This document shows, piece by piece, positions 19,001-27,496 of a DNA stretch of 64,000 nucleotides. This stretch comes from Hadesarchaea archaeon. GTDB taxonomy: Archaea > Hadarchaeota > Hadarchaeia > Hadarchaeales > Hadarchaeaceae. The first letter of the stretch is position 1. Each line of letters begins with the position of its first letter. The position numbers were made by a program, and so were the translations under genes. The DNA lies in NCBI GenBank assembly GCA_030619825.1, contig JAUXAS010000002.1:3363-67362 (forward strand), in the 5' to 3' direction. Under the pieces are notes generated by a model. The model saw only the letters and a list, made by a program, of their open reading frames with translations, had not been told where the DNA came from and ran no database searches.

Positions 19001-20043
19001 GGCATGTTGTCATTCGTAACCGTCCCATCAGCGGGCAGATAGAGCGCGGGCTTGCCTGGCGGAACCTCTGCCGGAGTATAATCCACCACCACCCATATTT
19101 CTGAAACGCGTATCAGTTCTGCTCCATCAACAGTGTCTGCTTTGACACCTGCTTCTAATGCCGTTACCTGCGCTTTTGTCCAACTGCCTGCACCTCCTGG
19201 ACCTGTAAGTTGAGTTCCTAGATAATCATTCCAAGAGTCTCTCGTTATTGTGTGTTGTATATCTTCGTAGTCTGTGCCATCAACTCTGTAAGTATTGTAA
19301 GCTGTTTCAGCTCCAGCAGAACCAACACCATAGGCCCTGAAATTTATTTGAACCCAATTAATTGTATAAGAATCACCAAACGTGGGGTCATCTAGATTCT
19401 CAATATCCCTTTCTTCTACCACGTTAGTGTAAATAAATGTTGTGTCAGTTGGGTCTGAAGTTGCTCCCCAATGACTTGTACCATTCAAATCCCATTCTTG
19501 ATAAGTTCCTGCCGCATTTGGTCTCAAGGTTTCCTGATCTGGAGGGTCCGCAACGATCCCCATCCAGTCATCGCTGACCGCGCTCCCTCCTTGGTAGGTC
19601 AGCTCGGAGTGGAAGTAGTACTTGGTCGGTGGCGACGTTAGTTGTGGAGATCTGATCACATAGGGTCTAGAAACAAAATCGCTGACTGCGCCAACGTTCC
19701 ACTCTATCTTACTGTAATTTTCATCGTACACGCTTACGACTCCACCGTTTGCGTCGACCACGGTCCAATCGCTCGAGAAGTAATCAGCCAGGACCGCGTT
19801 TTCCACCTGACTTGAAACGGTTGCGGTAATCGTCATGGTTACCGAGGTGAGAGGTGGCACTTTGTGCTGACCGACCCGATCTCCGGATAGCCACCTATCG
19901 AACGTTACCTCAGCGCCAGCCTGAGCCGCGGTGACCTGCTCGCTCAAGACCACGAAGATCGGGCTGGTTAAGAGCATCACCAGCATCACCAGCGCGGTCA
20001 ACGTTGCCCCGGCCCTCTGGTTTATCTTGAATCGTTTACCCAT
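16090..20043 (-). CDS. Giant multidomain cell-surface protein (signal peptide, repeated Ig/FN3-like modules, PGF-pre-PGF-like domain, C-terminal TM anchor)
   Basis: Signal/anchor MGKRFKINQRAGATLTALVMLVMLL. At least five modules with the pattern LYLPADG...F.W...Y.W.VRA.D.AGN. A P11 linker. C-terminal hydrophobic helix VFYVLLSLGVALGGSALAY followed by a basic tail. Start set at ATG 20043. Confidence 0.85.
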   Translation of the reverse strand: MGKRFKINQRAGATLTALVMLVMLLTSPIFVVLSEQVTAAQAGAEVTFDRWLSGDRVGQHKVPPLTSVTMTITATVSSQVENAVLADYFSSDWTVVDANGGVVSVYDENYSKIEWNVGAVSDFVSRPYVIRSPQLTSPPTKYYFHSELTYQGGSAVSDDWMGIVADPPDQETLRPNAAGTYQEWDLNGTSHWGATSDPTDTTFIYTNVVEERDIENLDDPTFGDSYTINWVQINFRAYGVGSAGAETAYNTYRVDGTDYEDIQHTITRDSWNDYLGTQLTGPGGAGSWTKAQVTALEAGVKADTVDGAELIRVSEIWVVVDYTPAEVPPGKPALYLPADGTVTNDNMPYFEWENGTNADNHRLLVDNDPDFSSPEENRIVLDNNYTIADENSLPDDNYSWKVIAINAQGENESAETWTLVVDTQAPSAPTLVLPENNAVGSNLTQTFTWSEPEPGVTYDIQIDNETSFASLYVHENIGLADNSYIYTFASDGVYYWRARAVDAANNQSSWADNFKLTIQAPPGQPVLYLPENATKTYDNTPYFEWENGTNAENHRLVVDNDPNFADGENAIDNTIIGDNSFTPTTELPLDNYYWKVCARNAQGDNWSDNMWTFEVVVGAWNLIEAWTGTVEAPITWQLIETWTGTIQAPAAWQLIETWTGTVEAPAAWQLIETWTGVIGAPVYPSKPTLYLPADGTTTDDTTPTFDWSDVTDPSGVTYTLEIIGTLTKTGLTTSTYTLTSGKALSDGDYSWCVRAIDNAGNVGDWSNTWSLTVSTAPPPPPPPPPPPAPDFSISVSPTSDEVVQGSSTTATVTVTAIEGYSYTVDLTASGQPSGVTVTFSPDNGTPSSDSTLTMSVGRGAPTGTYTITITGTGEDGKIRSTTYGLTITLAPPEIPISSVDAITPYWQTATPFTITATASDNDGYLTDVALWYRYSTNNSSWDSWTLFGVDSVEPWSWSFTAPKGDGYYEFHSISKDDNSNEEPAKIQVEARCGVDRTAPPAIQLVSPADTAMTDETAPTFNWADITDLSGVAYELVVDDSSDFSSPVLSKVGLTTSVYQLSVSEALAEGTYHWRVRAIDGAGNVGGWTDAWLLVVRVEIPTVTIGPIPASGTVTADFTSYRIFIVKVSITVTQDVIDAGVSALQITVEEFAGSPEQVAVPSGVIYPYFGIVTTNVTAANISSTEVEFRVLRSWIEQNDIDEGTIKLFRYSSGWQRLSTRAVRADSTYLYYEATTSRFSLFAAAGEKRVPPAVPIVFYVLLSLGVALGGSALAYRLYKLKRPPKPIHEPYFILKRLEKAVGKLKKKRSRKSSAEAHHT
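18017..18208 (-). repeat. Four tandem 48-nt repeats inside the giant surface protein gene
   Basis: Units start at 18017, 18065, 18113 and 18161. They encode W(N/Q)LIE(A/T)WTG(T/V)(V/I)(E/Q/G)AP.. four times in a row. Confidence 0.9.
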
Positions 20044-20044
20044 C

Positions 20045-20298
20045 CTATCTAACCTCGAACCTCGCTCTCTCAACTGCCAGCTCGTAGAGCCTGCGAGGCT
20101 TTTTCGGCCCGAAACTATCACCCACGAGCTTCACCTCACCAAACATCTGAACTCGTCTGCCCTCCAGCGTCCCGTTGCGCCTGAACAGGAGATCTCGGCG
20201 GATGTAGAACCTGAGGATCGCCCTATCTTCGCTTGGGTAAAGTTCGGCGTGCGTGAATGTCCTCGAGGGGGTGGCGAACGGCAGGCTGTACCTATGCA
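20045..20298 (-). CDS. Small basic ORF (84 aa) tightly coupled to the giant surface protein gene
   Basis: ATG 20298 is preceded by AAGGAGG at 9-nt spacing. GC3-rich codons. Its TAG stop is 1 nt from the ATG of the downstream gene (TAGGATG). No family recognised. Confidence 0.35.
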
Positions 20299-20530
20299 TG
20301 TTTCGGCCCCTCCTTTTGACCAAGCTGGAGGGCGAGGCTCCCGGCGTAGTCCTCATCGCTCGCTCCCCTCGGCTGGTTCTCGGTGCGTCCGAAAAGTCTC
20401 CTCGGTCGCCCCGGATTCGGAAAAAATCTCGATGAGCGCAAGGGTGCGAGTAAACCCCACAGCAGGTAGTCCGATCGAAACGGGGCAGTAGCTTACGCTG
20501 ACGCCGCAAAGCAAAAGCTCCCGGGTGGAT

Positions 20531-20672
20531 TTCCCGAATCCGGAAGGTTCCCGCAAGTTATGGCTCCTATCCGTTTTATGCTAGCAATCAAATCTCTGCT
20601 CGGCGCCCTTTCGGGGTCTTCGGGGGATGGAGTTGTTTCGCCCCCTATCGAAACAATATAGTTCACTTAAGG
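20531..20672 (+). repeat. Conserved non-coding module, copy A (long form)
   Basis: Core 20602-20666 is GGCGCCCTTTCGGGGTCTTCGGGGGATGGAGTTGTTTCGCCCCCTATCGAAACAATATAGTTCAC. Palindrome TTGTTTCG-N8-CGAAACAA at 20633-20656. The 5' extension TTCCCGAATCCGGAAGG..CGCAAGTTATGGCTCCTATCC is shared with copy E. Confidence 0.85.
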
Positions 20673-20927
20673 TTGCATCTATCTCCGCCGTCGCGTCGAC
20701 CTTGGTTTTCGTTGGGAAAACACCAATGAGTTTCGACAGGGGATCCTCCCCGCCCTTCTTCCCGACCCTCACAAAAATCTCGTCTCCGACCACAGTCCAC
20801 ACTACTTCATCACCATTGTCGGGTGCGTGACGTTCCTCAGCTCAAAAGTCAGGTCTCTTGTGGTAAGAGTAATCTCGCTTGTTTCCTACAAGGGGTCCTG
20901 CCCGTTTATGTAAAAATCTCCCGAGGG

Positions 20928-22259
20928 CTAACCGATCTCGAAATAGTGGCTCTCTATATCCTGTAGCCCCACGTCGTCAACCGCCTTGAAATCCACCCTG
21001 TAGACGCCCTTTGCCGTCGGTAGCGGAACATTCATATAGGTAGCCTTGAAGACAAAACCACGATCATGCTCTACCGCCATGGTGTACCAAGACCCGATCC
21101 CAATTCTGAACTCCACGCTTCTTATTTCTTTGAGCGGTTTGGCTGGGTCCTCTACCCTTTCCCAGATGTAGATCCAGAAAGTCACACTCGCACCCGGATC
21201 TATCGTCGTGGGGCTCGACTCCGTCCCTTCTGGATATGCTTTGCCTAGTTCCGGTGGGGTAGAATCTATGTAAACCTTCGCCAAGCTCTGTATTTCCAAG
21301 GTTTCCTCACCTAGAGGGTCCGCAACTATCATCATCCAGTCATCGCTGACTACGCTACCCCCGCCGTAGGTCAGCTCGAAGTGGAAGTAATACTTGGTCG
21401 GCGGCAATGTTCGTTGGGGAGATTCAATAACATAAGACTTTGAAACCGAGTCGCTGACCGTTCCAACGTCCCACTCTATCTTGTTGTGAGTCTCATTATG
21501 GATGACGGTCCCACCGTTTCCATCTACCACTGACCAGTCCTTCGGGAAGTAGTCGACTATAACCGCACTGTCCACTGGGCTCGAGACCGTCGCGGTAATC
21601 GTCATAGTCACGGGCGAGAGGGGCGGCGCCTTGTGCTGACCTACTCTGTCTCCAGATAATCGCCTATCGAACGTTACCTCAACGCCAGCCTGAGCCGTGG
21701 TGACCTGCTCGCCCAAGACTACTGTCCATATTTCCGAGACCCTTATCTCCTCTCCTGACCCTACTGTCGAGGAGTAAAGACCAATCTGTAAATCATTTAA
21801 CTCTTGCTTGGTCCACGCTTGTTGGGTATAGGGATTAACATCCCAAGTATGTGAATAATCAGTGAAGGTGTCCCTGGATACTGTTATCGGAGAACTCCAA
21901 TCACTGATAGCGTATGTGTATACCCCAATCTTCATTTTTTCTGGCTGACCACTCCCTCCAACACTTCTTGCCCTTACCCATACGGTAACACCGTTAATCG
22001 TGTCGTCATCACCAATTGATGTGTTGTCTACATTCAAAAAGTGGTCCTTATTCGGAGAAGTCGCGTAGATATATGTAGCGTCATTCTCGTCGGACGTCGC
22101 TTCCCAGTCAGATGTATCACTTACACTCCAAGTCGCGAAGATACCAGTCGCATACGTTACCTCAGCGCCAGCCTGAGCCGCAGTGCTGGTCAAGAGCATC
22201 ACCAACATCACCAGTGCGGTCAGCGTTGCCCCAGCCCTTATCTTGAACCGTTTACCCAT
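20928..22259 (-). CDS. Secreted surface protein, paralog of the N-terminal third of the giant protein (domains in swapped order)
   Basis: The signal peptide MGKRFKIRAGATLTALVMLVMLL is almost identical, at nucleotide level too, to that of 16090..20043. It shares the VEVTFDR.LSGDRVGQHK...DDWM.IVADP domain and the ...IRVSEIW.VV domain. Confidence 0.8.
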   Translation of the reverse strand: MGKRFKIRAGATLTALVMLVMLLTSTAAQAGAEVTYATGIFATWSVSDTSDWEATSDENDATYIYATSPNKDHFLNVDNTSIGDDDTINGVTVWVRARSVGGSGQPEKMKIGVYTYAISDWSSPITVSRDTFTDYSHTWDVNPYTQQAWTKQELNDLQIGLYSSTVGSGEEIRVSEIWTVVLGEQVTTAQAGVEVTFDRRLSGDRVGQHKAPPLSPVTMTITATVSSPVDSAVIVDYFPKDWSVVDGNGGTVIHNETHNKIEWDVGTVSDSVSKSYVIESPQRTLPPTKYYFHFELTYGGGSVVSDDWMMIVADPLGEETLEIQSLAKVYIDSTPPELGKAYPEGTESSPTTIDPGASVTFWIYIWERVEDPAKPLKEIRSVEFRIGIGSWYTMAVEHDRGFVFKATYMNVPLPTAKGVYRVDFKAVDDVGLQDIESHYFEIG

Positions 22260-22377
22260 CCTATTCACCCTCTGATCTTGCTCCCCCGATCGTGAACTCG
22301 TGCGGCCTGCGCAGTCGGCCCGCCTGGACTGGGCCGGGGGTTGAGCGCTCTATCGGGTAATATACGACCATGTCGTG

Positions 22378-22494
22378 GCACTCTCCTTATCTCACTCAAA
22401 CCTCTACTTGGCGCCCTTTCGGGGACTTCGGGGGAAGGGAGTTGTTTCGCCCTCTATCGAAACAATAATAAGTCACCGAAAAAATAATAAGTCA
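22378..22494 (+). repeat. Conserved non-coding module, copy B
   Basis: Core 22410-22476 with palindrome TTGTTTCG-CCCTCTAT-CGAAACAA. Contains an internal duplication of AATAATAAGTCAC. Confidence 0.85.
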
Positions 22495-22500
22495 CTTAAA

Positions 22501-22706
22501 GTGTTTCGCAAATGCCTGAAATACTATTTGAACACGCCCTCTAAATCGTTTGGGGGTTACTACGAGGAAGATCAATCGGATCCTGCACGAGATTCTCCAC
22601 CGCTTCTACGGGGGCGGTGTGCGTTTCTTTAACCAGGAGGGGGCTCGCCCAAACTTGCGCGCTCTCGCTTGGTACGGTAAACCCCCTCATCGAGCTACTC
22701 GAAGGG
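22501..22706 (+). pseudogene. 5' fragment of a wHTH regulator gene (paralog of 25474..26181), frameshifted and truncated
   Basis: Nucleotide-level alignment to 25474-25690 with 1-nt indels (GGGGGTTACTACG vs GGGGGTACTACG; CCAGGAGGGGGCTCGCCC vs CCAGAAGGGGCTCGCC). Homology stops at about 22706. Confidence 0.7.
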
Positions 22707-22769
22707 CTAGGGGCATCTCGCTGAATTTTTTCTCTAATTGTATCTTCTAGCTAAATCGGATTCGTTGTT

Positions 22770-22967
22770 GTGAGCGTCGATCCCTCTTCATCAATTCCTT
22801 CAATCGACGCGGAATCCTCACCCGAAGGTGTACAACGGTCCCGCGATCATACTTGCCGTCATTGCGCCGTCCCGGCGGAGCATCCGCTAGGTTTGGGTGA
22901 TAAGACGATCGTGAAGGTCTCAGTGGTCGATGAGAGGATAGTCATCGAGAAGGGAATGGAGCTTTAA
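22770..22967 (+). CDS. Possible degenerate AbrB/SpoVT-type (antitoxin-like) small protein
   Basis: C-terminal ...PLGLGDKTIVKVSVVDERIVIEKG resembles the swapped-hairpin AbrB motif. The N-terminus is atypical and the start is GTG. Confidence 0.3.
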   Translation: MSVDPSSSIPSIDAESSPEGVQRSRDHTCRHCAVPAEHPLGLGDKTIVKVSVVDERIVIEKGMEL

Positions 22968-23074
22968 TACCTTACCGTTTCAAGAACTCGGGTTTTGGGG
23001 ATGAGGGGCTTTGCGCATAGACTAATTCTTACACATAAATTACCCTGCGTGCACATAAATTCTCCCTGATTACT

Positions 23075-23242
23075 CTAGTAATCGGGCATTTTAGTTCTCA
23101 TCTTGGCGAACTGTATCGAGTGAAGATAACCTAAGTATGGGTCGAGGTGAGCATACACCACTCCCCTGTAGACCTCACCCTTCAGGACTTCGTGGCCCAA
23201 GTTTAGGAGGTTGTTTAGAGGGTCTTCGGCGTTGTGCTTCAT
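23075..23242 (-). pseudogene. cas1: Orphan Cas1 core fragment (55 codons)
   Basis: MKHNAEDPLNNLLNLGHEVLKGEVYRGVVYAHLDPYLGYLHS... matches the Cas1 block D.(V/L)N.LL..GY..L..EV.......LDPYLGFLH. The N-terminal domain and the C-terminal catalytic Asp region are absent. Below the 60-aa cutoff of the ORF track. Confidence 0.55.
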
Positions 23243-23279
23243 TCACTTAGGTGTTTGTAAGAAATCTGGAAAAAAGGTT

Positions 23280-23344
23280 GGCTTATTATTGTTTCGATGG
23301 GGGACGAAACAATTCCCTTCCCCGAAGCCCCCGAAAGGGCGTCC
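23280..23344 (-). repeat. Conserved non-coding module, copy C (inverted orientation)
   Basis: Reverse complement reads GGACGCCCTTTCGGGGGCTTCGGGGAAGGGAATTGTTTCGTCCCCCATCGAAACAATAATAAGCC. It sits between the Cas1 fragment and the divergent 23361 gene. Confidence 0.85.
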
Positions 23345-23360
23345 GCGCTAATTTATTTCG

Positions 23361-23630
23361 ATGGTCCTTAATCCTTTTAGCCTCGCAAAATGGATACTAG
23401 ACAAGTTCTGGTACTGGCTCGGGTGGTCTCTGATATTCCTCGGGCTAATGTACATTTTGACGGGCGTGGGGAGCAGCCAAGAGCTGATCATCGCGTGTTC
23501 CTTTGGATCATTCTGGATAACTACCACGTTTATGGATTGGATCCGAAAGGTGGAAAGGAAGGTTCGCTCAAATCGAGCGTGGAAGCGGCAAGCCATCTCT
23601 AAGTTTGCGACATTCAAGAGATCGGGCTGA
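23361..23630 (+). CDS. Small membrane protein (two predicted TM helices)
   Basis: WYWLGWSLIFLGLMYILTGV and IIACSFGSFWITTTFMDWI are hydrophobic spans, followed by a basic C-terminus. ATG lies 16 nt beyond copy C. Confidence 0.5.
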   Translation: MVLNPFSLAKWILDKFWYWLGWSLIFLGLMYILTGVGSSQELIIACSFGSFWITTTFMDWIRKVERKVRSNRAWKRQAISKFATFKRSG

Positions 23631-23941
23631 TAGACGACTTCTTAATCAGCTACAGCCAAAGATTAACTGAGGAGGACTTTGAGCGTAAAGGTGAAAGAGA
23701 GCTACAAGTTAATAAAGGCAATCAATGAGCTCTTCAATAAACGGATTAAATATCAGAAAATCAGGAAGTACGGTGAATGCTCTAAGATAAGGACTGCAAT
23801 TAGAGAGGAGCCGATAAAGCTGGCGCTACCTGAGGGGAGAAAAGGAGAGTTACGAGCCCATCATGATCCACCACCTCCGTGAGCCACGCGCGCTTTAATT
23901 GTGAACCGCCGAATTTCTACGGAAGCAAAAGGAGGCTAAAA

Positions 23942-25108
23942 GTGAGGATCGAACTTTTAAAAGGCGCCTTGCTGTCGTTGCTGTCGACCTTGGTGATAGC
24001 TTCATTAATGGCATTAGCGATTCCGGAGTTGAGTACTATTGTCAAGCGACCGAACGACCCGCCGTTCGGCGACATCGTGTTAAAGGCTGGCGAGAATGTG
24101 GGGACTTTCGCTTGGTTTGGTGAATTAGAAATCATAAAGAATATCGATGTCGTCTATGATACTCACGCCCAAGGGAGAAAGGCAGAGATAACCTTTGGGA
24201 ACTTCGATGTTGGAGCAGGGGAATTGCAATTTTAGACCCGACTATGAATATCGGTGTTGGAGAAAATAGCGAAGTAAGCCCAAGCGCTCCTACCTGGAAT
24301 TACGGAGAATATTCAAGTTTAAGAGCTGGGAGCGACCCTGGAGCAGAGGGCTGGCGTTCTTGGTTTAAGTTCGACTTAAGTGTAATTATACCGGGAGCGA
24401 CTATTTCGGAAGCGTCTCTAAAAATATATGCTTATTATGTTGGTGCAGACGAAGGATATAGCAAGATAACTTATGTTCATAAATCTGATAACGATAATTG
24501 GACAGAATCTGAGATAACTTGGAACAATCAACCTACTTATTATCCTACGGCAACTGACAATATTACAGTTCTCGATACAGGCTGGAAAACTTGGACTGTA
24601 ACTAACGATGTACAACAGAATTTGCAGGAGATAAAGTCGTTTCTTGGGTTATAAGAAAACCAGATGGGGAAGTAGTTAATTTTGAATCTAAAGAACGTGA
24701 TGGCAATGACTCATATCTTGAAATCACCTACGCCCCGTTACCCGCCACAATCGCATCGACCCAGACATCTTAAACCTTAAAAGCAGGGGCGGGTGGATAA
24801 CTGCCTATATCGAGCTGCCCTCTGGCTACAGCGTAGAGAACATCGACGTGAGCACGGTAAGGCTGATCGTCGACAACGACAACGTGCCCGCCGAGCCCTG
24901 GCCCGCTAAAATAGGCGACCGCGACAACGACGTCATACCCGACCTCATGGTGAAGTTCAGCAGGTCCGCCGTTCAGGCGCTCGCCAGCGTGGGCGAGTAC
25001 GAGGTAAAGGTGATCGGCAAGGTCGCGGGCGTGTCATTCCAGGGCAGCGACACTATCCGGGTCATTGACTTCGGCATCGACACGCTTTACCGGCAAGGCT
25101 GGGCTTGA
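23942..25108 (+). pseudogene. DNRLRE-type secreted protein gene disrupted by a stop and at least two frameshifts (paralog of 27497..28507)
   Basis: Pieces lie in different frames. There is an anchor segment up to TAG 24233. The DNRLRE-like core is 24244-24654 (NYGEYSSL...WFKFDLSVIIPGATISEASL...WTESEITWNNQP). Frame-0 piece DSYLEITYAPLPATI is followed by DPDILNLKSRGGWITAYIELP...DVIPDLMVKF...VIGKVAGVSFQGSDTIRVI. All are colinear with the intact paralog. Confidence 0.75.
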
Positions 25109-25402
25109 ACTTCAACCTGGAAAACAGCCAAGGGCTGGCGGTCAGGTTCTACACCTCCGCTGGCGTCTATCAAGGCGAGAACCTCAGAAGGGTGGCGCGC
25201 CGGCGCATGTGGTGTTCCTTGGGAGCATACCCCACCCGGAGAACAGGTATCAAGGAAAATTTCAGCGAATCCATAGTAAACAATGAATCTTACGTGGAGA
25301 GCTAGAGGGCTTATTAAACTCGGAGGCTTGTGGGGGACCGAGGAGGCGGGACCAAGGAGGCTAATAAGTCCCAAGCCCTCAAGCTCAACTGCCACTCTGC
25401 TT

Positions 25403-25468
25403 GGCGTCCTTTCGGGGATTTCGGGGGAGGGAGTTGTTTCACCCACTATCGAAACAATAATAAGTCAC
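25403..25468 (+). repeat. Conserved non-coding module, copy D
   Basis: GGCGTCCTTTCGGGGATTTCGGGGGAGGGAGTTGTTTCACCCACTATCGAAACAATAATAAGTCAC, directly upstream of the wHTH gene. Confidence 0.85.
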
Positions 25469-25473
25469 TTAAG

Positions 25474-26181
25474 GTGTTTCGCAAATGCCCGAAATATTAT
25501 TTAAGCACGCCATCTAAATCGTTTGGGGGTACTACGAGGAAGATCGATAGGATCCTGCGCGAGATCCTCCACCGCTTCTACGGGGGCGGCGAGCGTTTCT
25601 TCAACCAGAAGGGGCTCGCCAAAACTTGCGCGCTTTCGTTAGGTACGGTAAACCCCCTCATCGCGCGACTCGAGGGACTGGGGGCCATCGAGCGCAAGCC
25701 GTTGGGGTTTCGTCTCGTGGACCCGAAGCGGGCCCTGCTATACTGGGCGATCACCCGCGAGCTGGGGAAGGACGTCACCTATACCACCTTTGTCACGGAT
25801 ACGGTGGAGGAGCTGGAAGCTGGGTTACCGCGCAGCGCCATCCTCACCGCTTACTCTGGCTTCCGCGCCAAGTTGGGCTCAATGCCCGCCGATTACGACC
25901 AAGTTTTCATCTACGCTGATGCTGACGAGATGCAAGGCGCGTTCAAGCCAACCTCTCGAGAAAGGCGAAACCTATTCGTGTTGACGCCGGACGAGCACCT
26001 TCAGCGCCTGAGCGAGAAAAACGTCGCCCCGCTTGTCCAAATCTACGTCGACCTCTGGCAGCTGGGGGCGCCCGCCAGCCGATTGGTGGATGAGCTCGAG
26101 CGGGAGTTCGCGCCAGCACCTACCCGAGCGCTTGAGGGGGTTGCGAAAACCCTCGAAAGGAAACGCCGCGAGCCTAAGTGA
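25474..26181 (+). CDS. Winged helix-turn-helix transcriptional regulator with an uncharacterised C-terminal domain
   Basis: FFNQKGLAKTCALSLGTVNPLIARLEGLGAIERKPLGFRLVDP is a wHTH. The C-terminal ~150 aa is unassigned (faint AbiEi-antitoxin-like flavour). GTG 25474 is the only canonical start between module D and the conserved residues, so the start is uncertain. Confidence 0.65.
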   Translation: MFRKCPKYYLSTPSKSFGGTTRKIDRILREILHRFYGGGERFFNQKGLAKTCALSLGTVNPLIARLEGLGAIERKPLGFRLVDPKRALLYWAITRELGKDVTYTTFVTDTVEELEAGLPRSAILTAYSGFRAKLGSMPADYDQVFIYADADEMQGAFKPTSRERRNLFVLTPDEHLQRLSEKNVAPLVQIYVDLWQLGAPASRLVDELEREFAPAPTRALEGVAKTLERKRREPK

Positions 26182-26447
26182 GCTATTCTAACAGCTGGGG
26201 TGTTTTTTTGTACCCTAAATGTACTCTTCTCACCTTTTTATCTTGCCATCAAAATAACGAAGAATGTAAATCCTTGATATCTGACTAACAATAATAACCC
26301 AAAAACGATCGAGGCCCTGAAGGCGCTGGCGCGGAAGGGGTTCCTAATCCAGCCTAATCCCAACCGTGGGCGCTGCTGTATCACCTTAAAGAGTTTCGAG
26401 TTGCGTGGAAAACGGTTAACTAAACATCTTCTTCCGCAAATCCACCT

Positions 26448-26693
26448 TCAGAGAATTTCTACGCTACTCCCCACCGCCCAGCCCGGCAAGCCCGAGCGAA
26501 AGCGAGCGCGGTAGCATGCCCCGCCGTGAGCGGCAACGATTTTCCCGATGACCTTGCTCCCCGCGCGAGGGTTGAGCCATATGACCTTTCGTCCGATGAG
26601 CGAGCCTTCAAACTTTTCCAACAGACGAATTATGACCTCGTCACCACGGCGCGTGCGAAAACCGCCTCGAAAGTTGACGACCACCGCCCTCAC
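26448..26693 (-). CDS. rpl35ae: 50S ribosomal protein L35Ae
   Basis: VVVNFRGG.RTRRGDEVII...GKIVAAHGGACYRARFRSGLPGWAVGSSVEI matches L35Ae. Confidence 0.85.
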   Translation of the reverse strand: MRAVVVNFRGGFRTRRGDEVIIRLLEKFEGSLIGRKVIWLNPRAGSKVIGKIVAAHGGACYRARFRSGLPGWAVGSSVEIL

Positions 26694-27229
26694 TTGAGCA
26701 CCTCCGCCACCAGCTCGGCAAGTTGCTCAGATAACCTCGCTCGTGTACCCGGCATCACCTCGAAAATCTTGATGTCGTCACGGGCCTTGACGCCGCCGAT
26801 GAAACCCGTCCTCGTCCGTTGATGGATCACCGCTAGCAAAGGCTTGGGGGAGTCGAGCGCATCCAGCACCGAGCGCTTGAAGCCTTCGCTATATGTCTCC
26901 ATAGGGGCGATCTCATCGATGACCACGAAGTCCGCCTCTTGCAGCGCCCGCCCGATCGCCGCCTCGCTGAGCTCATCCACATTCCTAACATTCACGCGGT
27001 ACTTGCTCACCTGGGGGCCTTCGCGTTGGTTGACGTGAGCTAGGATTCGCTCCTCGCCCGTCACGAGATCAACGATCTTAAAACCGAGCCTGACGCCGCC
27101 CTCGCGAATCTCGGGGCAGTAGATCCCGCCAGCCCTGAGCCCTTGGGCCCGCAAAATTGAAATCGCGCCCTCGATGACCGAGGTCTTGCCGCTTCCGGGA
27201 CGCCCGGTAATCAGGAAATTGTTGGGCAT
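26690..27229 (-). CDS. Nucleoside-triphosphatase, THEP1/MJ1559 family
   Basis: FLITGRPGSGKTSVI, GGIYCPEIREGGVRLGFKIVDL and VVIDEIAPME are characteristic. Confidence 0.85.
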   Translation of the reverse strand: MPNNFLITGRPGSGKTSVIEGAISILRAQGLRAGGIYCPEIREGGVRLGFKIVDLVTGEERILAHVNQREGPQVSKYRVNVRNVDELSEAAIGRALQEADFVVIDEIAPMETYSEGFKRSVLDALDSPKPLLAVIHQRTRTGFIGGVKARDDIKIFEVMPGTRARLSEQLAELVAEVLK

Positions 27230-27375
27230 GCACCCCCCAAATCCGTTTCGCGCTACAAGCCAAAAATTTATTCAACAGATCTTTAATTTCTCTTTATCGG
27301 TTTAAGTTTTGGGTATTGCATCGATTGATATTCTAGGCCTCCAAGATCCCAATAAATTATGTTTTTGCTTTTACA

Positions 27376-27411
27376 TGTCTGAAACGATTAAGATTAACAT
27401 TTTCAGACATT
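27376..27411. other. Perfect 10-bp inverted repeat (hairpin) in the intergenic region
   Basis: ATGTCTGAAA-N16-TTTCAGACAT. Lies downstream of the 27497..28507 gene, near a second GGGGA...TCCCC hairpin followed by a T-rich tract. Confidence 0.4.
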
Positions 27412-27496
27412 ATCTCAATTGAGATGGTTTAAAAATAGAAATAGGAAAGGGGAGTTGGGTGCATTTTCCCCTTATTCACTTTGGTCACTCACTCGC

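Noticed and set aside
20680-20802. ORF 20581..20802 (minus), whose N-terminal part DEVVWTVVGDEIFVRVGKKGGEDPLSKLIG resembles the C-terminal half of an AbrB-type antitoxin.
   Set aside because: There is no ATG, the N-terminal half of the domain is missing, and the 3' part of the ORF simply reads through module copy A. At best it is gene debris and too weak to list as a feature.
25087-25446. ORFs 25065..25286, 25087..25446, 25105..25305 and 25283..25504 between the DNRLRE pseudogene and the regulator.
   Set aside because: They are mutually overlapping, have no motifs and partly read through module copy D. They are treated as non-coding spacer.
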